Part shown: piece by piece, positions 29,480 through 40,691 of the stretch
Layout of the letters: the number at the start of each line of letters is the position of its first letter
Numbering within the stretch: position 1 is the first letter of the stretch
NCBI GenBank assembly: GCA_963711565.1
Contig: CAVQEQ010000004.1
Location: 1,280,001 to 1,344,000 of the forward strand
Origin: an uncultured delta proteobacterium
Lineage (GTDB): Bacteria; Desulfobacterota; Binatia; Binatales; Binataceae
DNA: 64,000 nucleotides
Reading direction: 5' to 3'
Translations under genes and position numbers: made by a program
The notes under the pieces: generated by a model
The model's database searches: none
What the model saw: only the letters and a program-made list of their open reading frames with translations
What the model was told of the DNA's origin: nothing

Positions 29480-31464
29480 GGTTGAACTCCTGCGCTCGAC
29501 GCGCGACGAACACTGAAGTGTCACGCTTGGCTAAATTTGACGTCGTTTCGATCGAGGACCTCGAAACCTCGGACATCGAACGCGTATTTGCGCTCGCCGA
29601 CGGCTTTGCTGAACAGCTCGATCGTGGCAAACAGGTCACAACCGCCGCCGGACTGATCATGGCTACGCTATTCTACGAACCCTCGACGCGAACGCGCCTC
29701 AGCTTCGAGTCCGCGATGCATCGCCTCGGCGGCGCCGTGATCAGCTCGGCCGACATGCAGGCGAGCTCGGCCGCCAAGGGCGAGAGCTTGGCCGACACGG
29801 TGCGCGTCGTCGCCGGTTACGCTGACCTGATCGTGCTGCGCCATCCACATGACGGCGCGGCGCGCGTCGCCGCGGAGTACGCGCCATGCCCGGTGCTGAA
29901 CGCGGGCGACGGCAGCCGCGAGCATCCGACGCAAACGCTGTGCGATCTGTTCATCCTGCGCAAAAAGAAGGGCCATCTGAAGGGGCTGACCGTCGCGCTG
30001 TGCGGCGATCTGAAATTCGGTCGTACCGTCCATTCGCTGATCTACGCGCTCGCGCGTTTCGGCGCGAACATCGTCGCCGTGCCGAACAGCGGCATGAATG
30101 TTCCCGACTACGTGCTCGAGCGGCTCGCCGCCGAACGCAATTACAGCTTCTCGACTGTAACGATGGAGGAGCTGAAGTCGTTGGCCGGCGGTCTCGACGC
30201 GCTCTACCTCACGCCCAGCTCGCCGCATCAGATGGCGCTATTCACCGGCGACGACGCCTTGCGAACGATCCCCGCGGCCGAACCTCCCGCCGCGCTCGAC
30301 GCGTTCTACGTCACGCGCCTGCAGAAAGAGCGCATGTCGGGGAAAGAAGCGGGTGCTGCCGATTACGTACGCTTCGACGCGCGCGCGCTTCGCACCAGTC
30401 GCACGAATGAAGCCGTCGTGATGCATCCGCTGCCGCGCACCAGCGAGCTGGCGTACCAGCTCGACGCCGATCCACGTGCGGTTTATTTCGAGCAAGCCGC
30501 AGCTGGCGTGCCAGTCAGGATGGCTTTGATCGCATGGCTGATGGAAAAAGCCGACCACGCCTCGATCGCGCCGCGTCCGACCGTGGAGCCGATTCGTTTC
30601 AAGGCCGAGCCCCAGCCGCGATGCGCCAATCTGAACTGCATCACGCGTTTCGAGGGAGCACACCTGGCGCCACGCTTCACGCTCGGCCGGAGCGTCGATA
30701 GGACCGTGCTCGCGCTGAAGTGCGGCTTCTGCGAACGCGAGCTGAAAATTGAGTACGTCGGTCATGCGCGCTCGCATCGCTACTATCGCTTCGACGAAAA
30801 CCTGCAAGGCTACGTCCGACAATGGATCGAAGAAGGATCGCTGGCAGTGTTCGACAGCGTGAAGCAGGCTGAGGAAGGCGGCTACGAACCTTACAAGCGC
30901 GGCCCTCAGCGCGAGGTCATGAACGAAGAGGAAGTCGTCAGCGCGGTCGAATCGCTTGCCGAGCAGGTGGTCGCGGACGTGCACGATATGGCGAGCGTCT
31001 CGATTGTCGGGGTAGTCAGTCGCGGCGCGATGCTCGCGCTTCGCCTGCGCGATCTCATCGGATCGAAGACGGGCGTTCTTCCTCCGTGCGCCGCGCTCAA
31101 CGTCTACAAACCAGCCGACGCGATGCATCCGATCGATGGCACCGAGAACTTTGTCGTCGAAGAGCGCACCATCGTGCTCGTTGATGACGTGATTAACAGC
31201 GGCTGGACCGTGCAACGCGCGATGGCGACGATCTGGCAGCGCGGGCGTCCAGCGGCGGTCAAGCTGGCGGTGCTGATCGATCGCGGGCATCGCGCCGTCC
31301 CGATTCGGCCGAATTATGTCGGCAAGAACATCCCGACCTCGCGCACCGAGCGCGTGCAAGTGCGCCTCGCCACGGCTGGAAGCGATCCGAAGGCTAAATC
31401 GCACGACCGGGTCATGATCTATTCAATCGTCGAACCGATGAAAGAACCCGAGGCGGCGCATTGA
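29476..31464 (+). CDS. pyrB: aspartate carbamoyltransferase fused to a PyrI-type Zn domain, an Ada-like domain and a PyrR-like PRTase domain (true start may be GTG 29518 or TTG 29527)
   Basis: FYEPSTRTRLSFE, KGESLADT, HPTQ, GDLKFGRTVHSL, TRLQKER and MHPLPR; then CANLNC...CGFC; then VLVDDVINSGWT and DRGHRAVPIRPNYVGKN, all in one frame. Confidence 0.92.
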   Translation: MRLNSCARRATNTEVSRLAKFDVVSIEDLETSDIERVFALADGFAEQLDRGKQVTTAAGLIMATLFYEPSTRTRLSFESAMHRLGGAVISSADMQASSAAKGESLADTVRVVAGYADLIVLRHPHDGAARVAAEYAPCPVLNAGDGSREHPTQTLCDLFILRKKKGHLKGLTVALCGDLKFGRTVHSLIYALARFGANIVAVPNSGMNVPDYVLERLAAERNYSFSTVTMEELKSLAGGLDALYLTPSSPHQMALFTGDDALRTIPAAEPPAALDAFYVTRLQKERMSGKEAGAADYVRFDARALRTSRTNEAVVMHPLPRTSELAYQLDADPRAVYFEQAAAGVPVRMALIAWLMEKADHASIAPRPTVEPIRFKAEPQPRCANLNCITRFEGAHLAPRFTLGRSVDRTVLALKCGFCERELKIEYVGHARSHRYYRFDENLQGYVRQWIEEGSLAVFDSVKQAEEGGYEPYKRGPQREVMNEEEVVSAVESLAEQVVADVHDMASVSIVGVVSRGAMLALRLRDLIGSKTGVLPPCAALNVYKPADAMHPIDGTENFVVEERTIVLVDDVINSGWTVQRAMATIWQRGRPAAVKLAVLIDRGHRAVPIRPNYVGKNIPTSRTERVQVRLATAGSDPKAKSHDRVMIYSIVEPMKEPEAAH

Positions 31465-32819
31465 ACTCGATCGTGCTCAGAGGAGGCCGCGTGATCGATC
31501 CGGCGAGCGCACTCGACGGCGACTATGACGTGTTGGTGCGCGATGGCCGGATCGCAGCGGTCGAACGCGCCGGTGCTCTGAAGAGTATCCCGGATGCGGA
31601 GGTGGTCGATACGAGTGGATGCTGGATCGTACCGGGCCTGATAGATCCGCACGCGCATCTGCGCGACCCCGGCTTCCCGGAAAAGGAAACGATTTCCACT
31701 GGCCTGCGAGCCGCGGCTGCCGGTGGCTTCACAACCGTTGCGGCGATGGCAAATACGTCGCCGGTCAATGACAGTCCCGCGACGACGCGCTACATGCTCG
31801 ACCGCGCGAGGGATGCTCACGCGGCGCGACTGGCGCCGGTGTCGGCGGTCACAAAAGGTCTCCGCGGGATCGAGCTGGTGGATTTCGCCGCGATGCTTGA
31901 AGCAGGCGCGCGGTTGTTTTCTGACGACGGTATTCCGATCGACGATGCGATGGTTCTGTCACGCGCATTGGATGAAGCCGGGCGGCTCGGATACGCGGTG
32001 TCGCTACATGAAGAGGATCGCGCGCTGTCATGCGAGGGAGCGCTGAACGCCGGCGTCGTGTCGAAGCATCTGGGCGTCAGCGGCTACACTGATTCTGCGG
32101 AATCGCGACGCGTCCGTCGCGATCTTGCGCTGGCGATCGGCTCAGGCGCGGCGGTTCATATAGCCCACGTGTCCACGGCCGAGTCTCTCGATCTTATCCG
32201 CGCCGCTCGCCGGCATTGCGCGAAAGTCACGTGTGAAGTCACTCCCCATCATTTCACCTTGGACGAAAGCGCCGCGCTGACCTGGGGTCCGAACGCGAAG
32301 ATGAACCCTCCGCTGCGCAATCGCGACGATGTGGAAGCGCTCCACGCGGCGATTGCCGACGGCACTATCGACATGATCGCGACCGACCACGCACCGCACG
32401 ATCCGAGGTCGAAGCGGATGGAGCAGTTGGGCGTTTTCTTCGGTCCCGGGCATCCGGCTCAGCATCTTGACCACGACAACGCGGAGGAATTCGCGCATGC
32501 GGCGAACGGAGTCGTCGGGCTCGAAACCGCGCTCGGCCTCGGGCTTCAGTTGGTGCATCGATCGTTGATACAACCCGCGCGATTGGTTGAGATGATGTCG
32601 CTGAATCCGGCGGCTTTACTGCGGTTGGAGGCGGGGACACTTGCGGAGGAAGGGATCGCGGACATCACGGTGATCGATCCGAATCTCGAATGGACTGTCG
32701 CGCCGGAAAAGTTTCTCTCGAAGAGCCGCAACACTCCGTTCGCAGGGATGCGACTGAAGGGCAGGGCGGTCATGACTATTGTCGGCGGCGAAATCGTTTA
32801 TGACGGGAGGAAGCCGTGA
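31461..32819 (+). CDS. pyrC: dihydroorotase (type I)
   Basis: [35 protein letters not shown] and SKSRNTPF. Confidence 0.95.
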   Translation: MNSIVLRGGRVIDPASALDGDYDVLVRDGRIAAVERAGALKSIPDAEVVDTSGCWIVPGLIDPHAHLRDPGFPEKETISTGLRAAAAGGFTTVAAMANTSPVNDSPATTRYMLDRARDAHAARLAPVSAVTKGLRGIELVDFAAMLEAGARLFSDDGIPIDDAMVLSRALDEAGRLGYAVSLHEEDRALSCEGALNAGVVSKHLGVSGYTDSAESRRVRRDLALAIGSGAAVHIAHVSTAESLDLIRAARRHCAKVTCEVTPHHFTLDESAALTWGPNAKMNPPLRNRDDVEALHAAIADGTIDMIATDHAPHDPRSKRMEQLGVFFGPGHPAQHLDHDNAEEFAHAANGVVGLETALGLGLQLVHRSLIQPARLVEMMSLNPAALLRLEAGTLAEEGIADITVIDPNLEWTVAPEKFLSKSRNTPFAGMRLKGRAVMTIVGGEIVYDGRKP

Positions 32820-32826
32820 CGGATCG

Positions 32827-34032
32827 ATGAGCAAGGGACGCGAAGCGATACTGGCGCTGGCCGACGGGCGAGTCTTCCACGGCCGCGCATTCGGCGCGGT
32901 CGGCGAGGCCGTCGGCGAAGCGGTCTTCAACACCGCGATGACCGGCTACCAGGAAGTTCTGACCGATCCGTCGTATAAGGGCCAACTGGTCTGCATGACC
33001 TATCCCGAAATCGGAAACGTCGGCATCAACGCGGAAGATGCGGAGTCGCGCCGCGTGTACGTCGAGGGTTTCATCGTCAAGGAATATTGGGAACGGCCGT
33101 CGAACTGGCGCTCGGAGATGCCGCTGGGAAAGTATCTCGACGAGGCGGGCGTCGTGGGCATCGAAGGTATCGACACGCGCGCGCTGGTACGCCATCTGCG
33201 GACGCGCGGCGCGCAGGAGGCGGTGATATCGAGCGTCGATCTCGATGCTGACTCGCTGGTGCGCAAGGCCAAAGCGTCGCCCGGATTGGTCGGCCGCGAC
33301 CTCGTGAAAGAGGTTACCTCGGCCGAGCCTTACGATTGGGATTTCGGCGATTGGAAACTGGGAAGCGGCCATGCCCGCGTCAACCACGACGCAAGGCGCG
33401 ATGCGCCGACGATCGTCGCGCTCGATTACGGAATCAAGTTGAACATTCTGCGGCGGCTGGTCGCGACCGGATTTCGAGTGAAAGTTTTGCCGGCGGCTTC
33501 AACCGCGGAGCAGATACTCGCAGACAACCCCGACGGAGTTTTCCTGTCGAACGGACCCGGCGATCCTGCCGCGCTGCCGTACGCTTACAGAGCCATCGCG
33601 GGCGTTTTGGGCAAGAAGCCGGTGTTCGGCATTTGTTTGGGGCATCAGCTGTTGGGGCTGGCGCTTGGCGGCAAGACTTACAAACTCGATTTCGGACATC
33701 ATGGCGCAAATCACCCGGTGATGGACTTACGCACGCGGCGCGTCGAGATCACGTCGCAGAACCATGGCTTCGCGGTCAATGACGAGTCGTTGAAGGGGCG
33801 CGCGATTCTTTCGCATCTCAACCTGAACGACAACACCGTCGAGGGTTTGCAGGGAACCGGTGTGCCGTTTTTTTCCGTGCAGTACCATCCGGAGGCATCG
33901 CCGGGGCCGCATGATTCGAGCTATCTGTTTGCGAGATTTCGAAAACTGGTGGAAACGTTCCCACACTATGGCGCGGAGGCGCTCGAGCGAATCATTGCGG
34001 CCGAGGCCTCCGCGAAAGCGCAAATCTTGTGA
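32827..34032 (+). CDS. carA: carbamoyl-phosphate synthase small subunit
   Basis: [31 protein letters not shown] and [10 protein letters not shown]. Confidence 0.98.
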   Translation: MSKGREAILALADGRVFHGRAFGAVGEAVGEAVFNTAMTGYQEVLTDPSYKGQLVCMTYPEIGNVGINAEDAESRRVYVEGFIVKEYWERPSNWRSEMPLGKYLDEAGVVGIEGIDTRALVRHLRTRGAQEAVISSVDLDADSLVRKAKASPGLVGRDLVKEVTSAEPYDWDFGDWKLGSGHARVNHDARRDAPTIVALDYGIKLNILRRLVATGFRVKVLPAASTAEQILADNPDGVFLSNGPGDPAALPYAYRAIAGVLGKKPVFGICLGHQLLGLALGGKTYKLDFGHHGANHPVMDLRTRRVEITSQNHGFAVNDESLKGRAILSHLNLNDNTVEGLQGTGVPFFSVQYHPEASPGPHDSSYLFARFRKLVETFPHYGAEALERIIAAEASAKAQIL

Positions 34033-34047
34033 CTCAGGACTTTCAAC

Positions 34048-37000
34048 TTGCCGCTTCGTAAAGATCTGAAATCGGTTTTGTTGATCGGCTCGGGACCGAT
34101 CGTTATCGGGCAGGCGTGCGAGTTCGATTACTCGGGCACGCAGGCGGTCAAGGCGCTGCGCGAGGAGGGGTTGAAGCTGATCCTCGTCAACTCGAATCCC
34201 GCGACGATCATGACCGATCCTGAGCTGGCGGATCGCACATACATCGAACCGATGACGCTTGAGGTGCTCACCAAGATCATCGAGCGCGAGCGTCCCGACG
34301 CTCTGCTGCCGACGGTAGGCGGGCAGACCGCGCTTAACCTCGCGATCGAGCTGGCGGAGGCCGGCGTACTGGATCGATTCAAGTGCGAACTCATCGGCGC
34401 CAAGCTCGAAGCGATCAAGAAGGCCGAGGATCGCGAGCTGTTCAAGAATGCGATGCTGAAAATCGGGCTCGAGGTACCGCGATCGTCGATCGCGCGTTCG
34501 ATGGAGGATGCGGAACGAGTGCTCGGCGAACTGGGCTTGCCCGTGATCATTCGGCCGTCGCGAACGCTCGGCGGGACGGGCGGCTCGATCGCGCGCGAAC
34601 TGGGCGATTACCGCGCCAAGGTAGCGTACGGCCTCGAACAATCGCCGAACCACGAAGTGCTGATCGAGCAATCGGTCGAGGGATGGAAGGAATTCGAGCT
34701 CGAGGTGATGCGCGACACCGCTGACAATGTTGTGATCATCTGCTCGATCGAAAATCTGGATCCGATGGGCGTGCATACCGGCGATTCGATCACGGTCGCG
34801 CCCGCGCAGACGCTGACCGACAAGGAATACCAGCTGATGCGCGACGCCGCGATTCGGATCATCCGCGAGATTGGCGTCGACACGGGCGGCTCGAACATCC
34901 AGTTCGCAATCGATCCGGCGACGGGACGGATGGTCGTGATCGAGATGAATCCGCGCGTGTCGCGAAGCTCCGCGCTGGCGTCGAAGGCGACCGGATTTCC
35001 GATCGCCAAGATCGCGGCGCGGCTTGCCGTCGGCTACCGGCTCGATGAGATTCCCAACGACATCACGCGCATGACGCCGTCCTGCTTCGAGCCAACGATT
35101 GACTACGTGGTGACCAAAATTCCGCGTTTTACGTTCGAGAAGTTCCGCGGCGCGGCCGACGAGCTGGGGCCGCAAATGAAGTCGGTGGGCGAGGCGATGG
35201 CGATTGGGCGGACCTTCAAGGAGTCGCTGCAAAAGGCGCTGCGCTCGCTCGAGATAGGCTCACACGGCCTCGAGAGCGGGTTCTCAGAGCCACCTAGCGC
35301 TCATGCGCTCGCGGAAATACGCCGGCAGGTCGCGATGCCGAGCAGCCATCGCCTCTATCATCTGGCGGATGCGCTCCGGCTCGGCATTACACGGGCGGAA
35401 GTTTACGAGCTGAGCAAAATTGATCCGTGGTTTATCGACGCGGTCGCGGAGCTGGTTGCGGAGGAGGAGCGCGTCGCGCGCGAGCCGCTCGGCGCGGCGT
35501 ACTTTAGCGAGTTCAAGGCGATGGGATTTTCCGATCGGCGAATCGCTGATTTACGAGGGATCGATGAAGGGGCGGTGGCATCAGCGCGACGCGACGCTGG
35601 AGTGACGCCGGTTTTCAAATCGGTGGACACTTGCGGCGCCGAATTCGAAGCGTTCACGCCTTATCTCTACTCGACCTACGAAGGCGAGGACGAGGCGCCG
35701 CCAACTGCGCGCAAGAAAGTGATCATCCTGGGCGGCGGCCCTAACCGGATTGGGCAGGGGATCGAATTCGACTACTGCTGCGTACACGCGAGCATGGCGC
35801 TCAAAGACGCCGGTTTCGAAACGATCATGGTGAATTGCAACCCCGAGACCGTGTTGACCGATTACGACATCTCGGATCGATTGTACTTCGAGCCGCTGAC
35901 GTTTGAGGACGTGATGGCGATTGCGGAGCGTGAGCGGCCGGTCGGCGTGATTGTGCAATTCGGCGGTCAGACGCCGCTCAAGCTTGCGGTGCCGCTGGCG
36001 CGCGCGGGCGTGCCTATTCTGGGGACGACGCCCGATGCGATCGATCGTGCGGAAGATCGCGAGCGATTCAACGCGATGGTCACCAAGCTCGGCTTGCGAC
36101 AGCCGGAGGGAGTGCTGGCGCGCGGGCTCGAGGATGCTGTTGCGGGCGCGTCGAAAGTCGGCTATCCGGTGCTGATTCGGCCGTCGTATGTGCTCGGCGG
36201 CCGCGCGATGGAAGTGATCCCGAACGAAGAAGAGCTACGTCGATACGTGACGCAGGCTCTGCAAGCCTCCGAGCGCCATCCACTGCTGATCGATCGCTAC
36301 CTGCAGGGCGCAATCGAAGTGGATGTCAACGCGATTTCCGACGGCGAGCTTGTCGTCGTCGGCGGAATAATGGAGCACGTCGAGCACGCGGGAATACATT
36401 CGGGGGACAGTGCGTGCGCGCTTCCGCCGACGACGCTGAGCGGCGCGTTGCAGCAGGAACTCATCAGGCAGACGAAGCTGCTGGCGCGCGAACTCGGCGT
36501 GATCGGGCTGATTAATATTCAATACGCGATCTACGGCGGCGAGGTTTATATCCTCGAAGTGAATCCGCGCGCGTCGCGCACGATCCCGTTCGTCAGCAAG
36601 GCGATCGGCGTTCCGCTGGCGAAGCATGCCGCGCTCGTGATGGCCGGGAAGAAGCTCAGCGAGATCGGTTTCACCTCCGAGCGCGTGCCGTCTCACGTCG
36701 CGGTCAAGGAGTCGGTGTTTCCGTTCGGACGCTTCCCGGGCGTCGACACCATCCTTGGCCCCGAGATGAAATCGACCGGCGAGGTGATGGGAATCGACAC
36801 CACGTTCGCGATGGCGTTTGCGAAGGCGGAGCTGGCGGCGTCGTCGAATCTGCCCGACGCGGGTCTTGTGTTTATTAGCGTCCGCGACGAGGACAAGCCC
36901 TCTCTCGAGCCGATTGCGCGCGGGCTGGTTGCGATGGGATTCGATTTGATCGCGACGCGCGGAACTGCGACCCATATTCGAAAACTCGGGCTCAACTGCG

Positions 37001-37254
37001 ATAGCGTCAACAAGGTGCTCGAAGGCAGCCCGCATATCGTGGATGCGATGAAGGCCGGGCGGGTCGCGATGGTTGTCAACACTCCCGACGCGAGCGGCAC
37101 GAAAGACTCGTTCTCGATTCGGCGCACCGCGCTGGAAATGCGGCTGCCATATTTCACTACGATGGCGGGCGCAAAGGCTGCGGTCGAGGGGATCTACGCG
37201 CTGAAGCACGAAAGGTTCGAGGTGCGCGCACTGCAGGACTATCACCAAGGGTAA
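34048..37254 (+). CDS. carB: carbamoyl-phosphate synthase large subunit
   Basis: [17 protein letters not shown], duplicated ATP-grasp halves, [11 protein letters not shown] and C-terminal MGS domain. Confidence 0.98.
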   Translation: MPLRKDLKSVLLIGSGPIVIGQACEFDYSGTQAVKALREEGLKLILVNSNPATIMTDPELADRTYIEPMTLEVLTKIIERERPDALLPTVGGQTALNLAIELAEAGVLDRFKCELIGAKLEAIKKAEDRELFKNAMLKIGLEVPRSSIARSMEDAERVLGELGLPVIIRPSRTLGGTGGSIARELGDYRAKVAYGLEQSPNHEVLIEQSVEGWKEFELEVMRDTADNVVIICSIENLDPMGVHTGDSITVAPAQTLTDKEYQLMRDAAIRIIREIGVDTGGSNIQFAIDPATGRMVVIEMNPRVSRSSALASKATGFPIAKIAARLAVGYRLDEIPNDITRMTPSCFEPTIDYVVTKIPRFTFEKFRGAADELGPQMKSVGEAMAIGRTFKESLQKALRSLEIGSHGLESGFSEPPSAHALAEIRRQVAMPSSHRLYHLADALRLGITRAEVYELSKIDPWFIDAVAELVAEEERVAREPLGAAYFSEFKAMGFSDRRIADLRGIDEGAVASARRDAGVTPVFKSVDTCGAEFEAFTPYLYSTYEGEDEAPPTARKKVIILGGGPNRIGQGIEFDYCCVHASMALKDAGFETIMVNCNPETVLTDYDISDRLYFEPLTFEDVMAIAERERPVGVIVQFGGQTPLKLAVPLARAGVPILGTTPDAIDRAEDRERFNAMVTKLGLRQPEGVLARGLEDAVAGASKVGYPVLIRPSYVLGGRAMEVIPNEEELRRYVTQALQASERHPLLIDRYLQGAIEVDVNAISDGELVVVGGIMEHVEHAGIHSGDSACALPPTTLSGALQQELIRQTKLLARELGVIGLINIQYAIYGGEVYILEVNPRASRTIPFVSKAIGVPLAKHAALVMAGKKLSEIGFTSERVPSHVAVKESVFPFGRFPGVDTILGPEMKSTGEVMGIDTTFAMAFAKAELAASSNLPDAGLVFISVRDEDKPSLEPIARGLVAMGFDLIATRGTATHIRKLGLNCDSVNKVLEGSPHIVDAMKAGRVAMVVNTPDASGTKDSFSIRRTALEMRLPYFTTMAGAKAAVEGIYALKHERFEVRALQDYHQG

Positions 37255-37292
37255 GGACGCAAAAAATCACTCTATCAAGCCCGGTCGGCGCG

Positions 37293-39344
37293 ATGCCCGG
37301 AATCGGCCCCAAGCGCGCGGCCGCTCTGGAAGCGCGCGGGATCGTTTCTGCCGGCGACCTCATTTTTTGTTTGCCGGTACGCTACCAGGACTGGCGCGAG
37401 CGCTCGTCCGCAACAGATCTGCGCCCAGGGAATATCGTCGTTGTCGAAGGAGAGCTCGGGAACATTTCCGAGCGGCCGATGCGCGGCTCGCGATGGCGGC
37501 GCCTTGCTTCGGGATGGCTAAATGTTGGCGGGCGGCAAATACGCGTTGTTTGGTTCAATCTGCCTGCTTACATGCGCGGATATCTGCCGGGCGGTGAGCG
37601 CGTTTTGGTTCGGGGCCGTGTCGCTGCGGGAACGGACGGGGGAATCGAGATCTTGCAGCCCGAGTTGCATCGGCTCTCTGAGGGCGAGCCGAAAGCGATC
37701 CGGCCGGTTTATCGCTTGCCTTCTATTGTCGGCCAGCGGCTGTTCGCCAGCCTGGTGGCGCGTGCGCTGGTCGAGGCGGGCGATTCGATTCGAGGATCGA
37801 TTCCCGACGAAGTCCGCGGCGACTTAACTTCCGTTCGCGAGGCGCTGAGTTACCTTCACGATCCGCCGCCCGATGCCGACTTCGACGCTCTGGCCAACTG
37901 CGACTCGCGCGGTCATCAGGCGCTCGCGTTCGATGAACTGTTTGCCTTCGAGCTGGCGCTCTCGATCGAACGTCTCCGTAGCGCACGCCGAGTTGGAATC
38001 GCCCTCGATGGCTCGCAGAGCCTTGGCGCGAAGATGCTCGAGGGACTGCCGTTCACCTTGACCGGATCGCAGTCGCGCGCGATCGAGGAAATCTCCTCCG
38101 ACCTTGCGCGGCCGAACCAGATGAACCGCATGCTGATGGGCGACGTTGGCAGCGGCAAGACGCTGGTCGCGTTCTGGGCGATGATTCGCGCGATCGAATG
38201 CGGGCATCAGGCTGCCATGATGACGCCGACCGAACTGCTCGCCGAGCAGCATTGGCGCGGATTCGCGCTCATGTGCGGACGGCTGGGAGTAAGGCACGCG
38301 CTGCTCACCGGGAGCGTGACGGGTGCGGCGCGCGATCAGACTTTGCGCGGGCTTGCGAGCGGTGAAATCCAGGCGGTGTTCGGAACGCATGCGCTGATCC
38401 AGGAGCGCGTGCGAATGCGCGGACTCGCGCTCGGCGTGATCGACGAGCAGCATCGCTTCGGCGTTTTCGATCGCGCGAAGATGAAAGCATTGGGGCCGAA
38501 AGCGAATCTGCTGATGATGACGGCAACGCCGATTCCGCGAAGCCTGGCGATGAGCCTGTTCGCGAATCTCGACGTATCGTTTCTCGACGAGTTGCCGGTC
38601 GGACGCACGCCGATCGCGACCGATATTTACACTGAGGACGATATCACGCAGGTGCATGAAGGTTTGCGTGCAGAGATCGACGGGGGAGGGCGCGCGTACT
38701 ACGTCGTGCCGTTTATCGAGGGCGATGAGGACGAGGCCAAGTCGGTGTCGGCCACGGCGGCGCGCCTCAAGAAGGGGGCGGTCCGCGGCGCGAGAATCGG
38801 CACGATGCACGGCAGGATGAGCGCTGCGGAAAAGGATCGCGCGATGCGCGAATTTCGCGACGGCGCGCTCGACGTGCTGGTCTGCACGACAGTGGTGGAA
38901 GTGGGAATCGACGTGCCTGAGGCTACGATAATCGTGGTAGTCGCGGCCGAGCGGTACGGCCTCGCGCAGTTGCATCAGCTGCGCGGCAGAGTCGGGCGCG
39001 GCGAGAAGGTGTCGCGCTGCTGCATAGTGGCGTCGAACGACGCCGATGAAGCCGCGATGGAACGCCTTGAGGTAATGCGCGAATGCACGACAGGCACAGC
39101 GGTCGCGGAGGCCGACTTGCGCCTGCGCGGCCCGGGCGATTTGCTCGGCGCGCGCCAGACCGGGGCGCTGCAGTTGAAGTTTGTGCATCTGATTCGCGAC
39201 CATCGCATGATTGAGCGCGCACGCAAGCTGGCCGACGAGTGGATCGCGCGTGATCCGTCGTTGTCGAGCCGCGAATCGGAGGGTGCGCGCGCGGCAGTTA
39301 GAAAAATGCTGGCGCTCGGGTTCAGTCTAGGCGATGTGGGCTAG
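37293..39344 (+). CDS. recG: ATP-dependent DNA helicase RecG
   Basis: GIGPKR N-terminus, GDVGSGKT, DEQHRFG, MTATPIPR, QLHQLRGRVGR and DLRLRGPG. Confidence 0.96.
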   Translation: MPGIGPKRAAALEARGIVSAGDLIFCLPVRYQDWRERSSATDLRPGNIVVVEGELGNISERPMRGSRWRRLASGWLNVGGRQIRVVWFNLPAYMRGYLPGGERVLVRGRVAAGTDGGIEILQPELHRLSEGEPKAIRPVYRLPSIVGQRLFASLVARALVEAGDSIRGSIPDEVRGDLTSVREALSYLHDPPPDADFDALANCDSRGHQALAFDELFAFELALSIERLRSARRVGIALDGSQSLGAKMLEGLPFTLTGSQSRAIEEISSDLARPNQMNRMLMGDVGSGKTLVAFWAMIRAIECGHQAAMMTPTELLAEQHWRGFALMCGRLGVRHALLTGSVTGAARDQTLRGLASGEIQAVFGTHALIQERVRMRGLALGVIDEQHRFGVFDRAKMKALGPKANLLMMTATPIPRSLAMSLFANLDVSFLDELPVGRTPIATDIYTEDDITQVHEGLRAEIDGGGRAYYVVPFIEGDEDEAKSVSATAARLKKGAVRGARIGTMHGRMSAAEKDRAMREFRDGALDVLVCTTVVEVGIDVPEATIIVVVAAERYGLAQLHQLRGRVGRGEKVSRCCIVASNDADEAAMERLEVMRECTTGTAVAEADLRLRGPGDLLGARQTGALQLKFVHLIRDHRMIERARKLADEWIARDPSLSSRESEGARAAVRKMLALGFSLGDVG

Positions 39345-39353
39345 AGCGGTGGG

Positions 39354-40691
39354 CTATTGGAGCAGTGAGCTGGCGGACGGCTCGAAGCGCGCGGCGACGC
39401 CGCCGGTTTCGATCGCGCTCGCGTTCCAGATCGCGGGTGCCAGGCTATCGAAATAGTCCGCGCCCTCGCCGATCACGACCAGGACCGCGTTCGAGCGGAC
39501 GTCGATGCGATGCGGAGTAGAGTCTCCAAGCAGTCGATCGAGCAGGGTCTGATAGACGACGGCGAAATGGCTGGCGGTATGCGCGTCGCTGAACGCGAGC
39601 ATCCAGATGACGTTCACGCCGCGGCTTTGCTCCAGGATGATCATGCGGTCGGCGATCCATCGCGCGGCGAGTCCGACCTCGCTGGACTGCTTGCCGAGAT
39701 TGCGCTCGAGAATCACGCGGATGAGCAACTCGCCGTACGTATCGTCGTCCGCTTTTTTCCATCCGCTCATGATTCCGTCGTAGCCGGCCAGTTCGATTCG
39801 CGGCGCCGGCGCGTTGCCGTCGAAATAGAGCTCGGGATGCAGAATCTGGTGACTGGACTGCGGCGGATTGCGATAGAGCGCGTCGACGGCCGTCCATCCA
39901 CCACGCCGATAAGCCTCGGCGACGAAGCGGACTCCTTCGGAATACTGGAACAGCAGCGGAACGCTGAGGCCCTCGGGCGTGTGGGGCGCTTCGGCTGCCA
40001 GAGCCTGCGGGAGCTGTTTGAGACTATTCGTGAGCGAGTCCGCCGTGCTGTCATCCATGCGCCCGACGGCGTAGGCGAAACCCGCGATGGTCGCGTCGCC
40101 CTCTGCCACCGACTTGAGCGCGAGCGCCCGATCGTCGTTGTCCTTCACCTTGTCGAGGCTCGATTCGAGATCGAAATTCTGGTCCTGGAGGGCGTGCGTC
40201 AGCTCATGCGCCAGCAGCATCTCGCCGACCACGTCGCGCTGGATCATGAACTGCGCGGCGCTGTTCCAGGCCCCGACATCAGCGCCGCCCTCGACCAGCA
40301 CCATTTCTTTGCCATGAAGATCGTAGAAGCCCGCGACCTGGCTTTTGAGCAGCTTGAGCGACGCGGCCTTGAGATCCAGCCCCGCCGGATAGAGACCGGT
40401 GAGCGCGCCAGCTACCGAATCGGCCTCGAGCTGGTTGTCGGTGTAGTCGCGCATCATGTCGGCTTCCATCATCGATTCGGCTTCGTCGGGGGTTTTCACG
40501 ACGAGCGGAACCGGCTGCTTGAACCTAAGCTGGCGAAGAGCCTGGATACCAGCCTCGATATGCGCGGCCTCCTGCGAGTTGACCCGGTCGCCGCGGACCA
40601 GCGAGTAGGCGCATCCGCGCAGAAGTATCAGGGCGGCGATAGCGCATATTGGCCACCAGAGCCGTCGAGTGAAACTTTCCCCACTGGTCAT
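39354..40691 (-). CDS. exported hypothetical protein with HEXXH-like zinc metallopeptidase motif
   Basis: N-terminal signal with possible lipobox Cys (LRGC); VAGFYD, LAHELTHALQDQNF, EGDA and YRNPPQSSHQILHPE. Confidence 0.7.
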   Translation of the reverse strand: MTSGESFTRRLWWPICAIAALILLRGCAYSLVRGDRVNSQEAAHIEAGIQALRQLRFKQPVPLVVKTPDEAESMMEADMMRDYTDNQLEADSVAGALTGLYPAGLDLKAASLKLLKSQVAGFYDLHGKEMVLVEGGADVGAWNSAAQFMIQRDVVGEMLLAHELTHALQDQNFDLESSLDKVKDNDDRALALKSVAEGDATIAGFAYAVGRMDDSTADSLTNSLKQLPQALAAEAPHTPEGLSVPLLFQYSEGVRFVAEAYRRGGWTAVDALYRNPPQSSHQILHPELYFDGNAPAPRIELAGYDGIMSGWKKADDDTYGELLIRVILERNLGKQSSEVGLAARWIADRMIILEQSRGVNVIWMLAFSDAHTASHFAVVYQTLLDRLLGDSTPHRIDVRSNAVLVVIGEGADYFDSLAPAIWNASAIETGGVAARFEPSASSLLQ

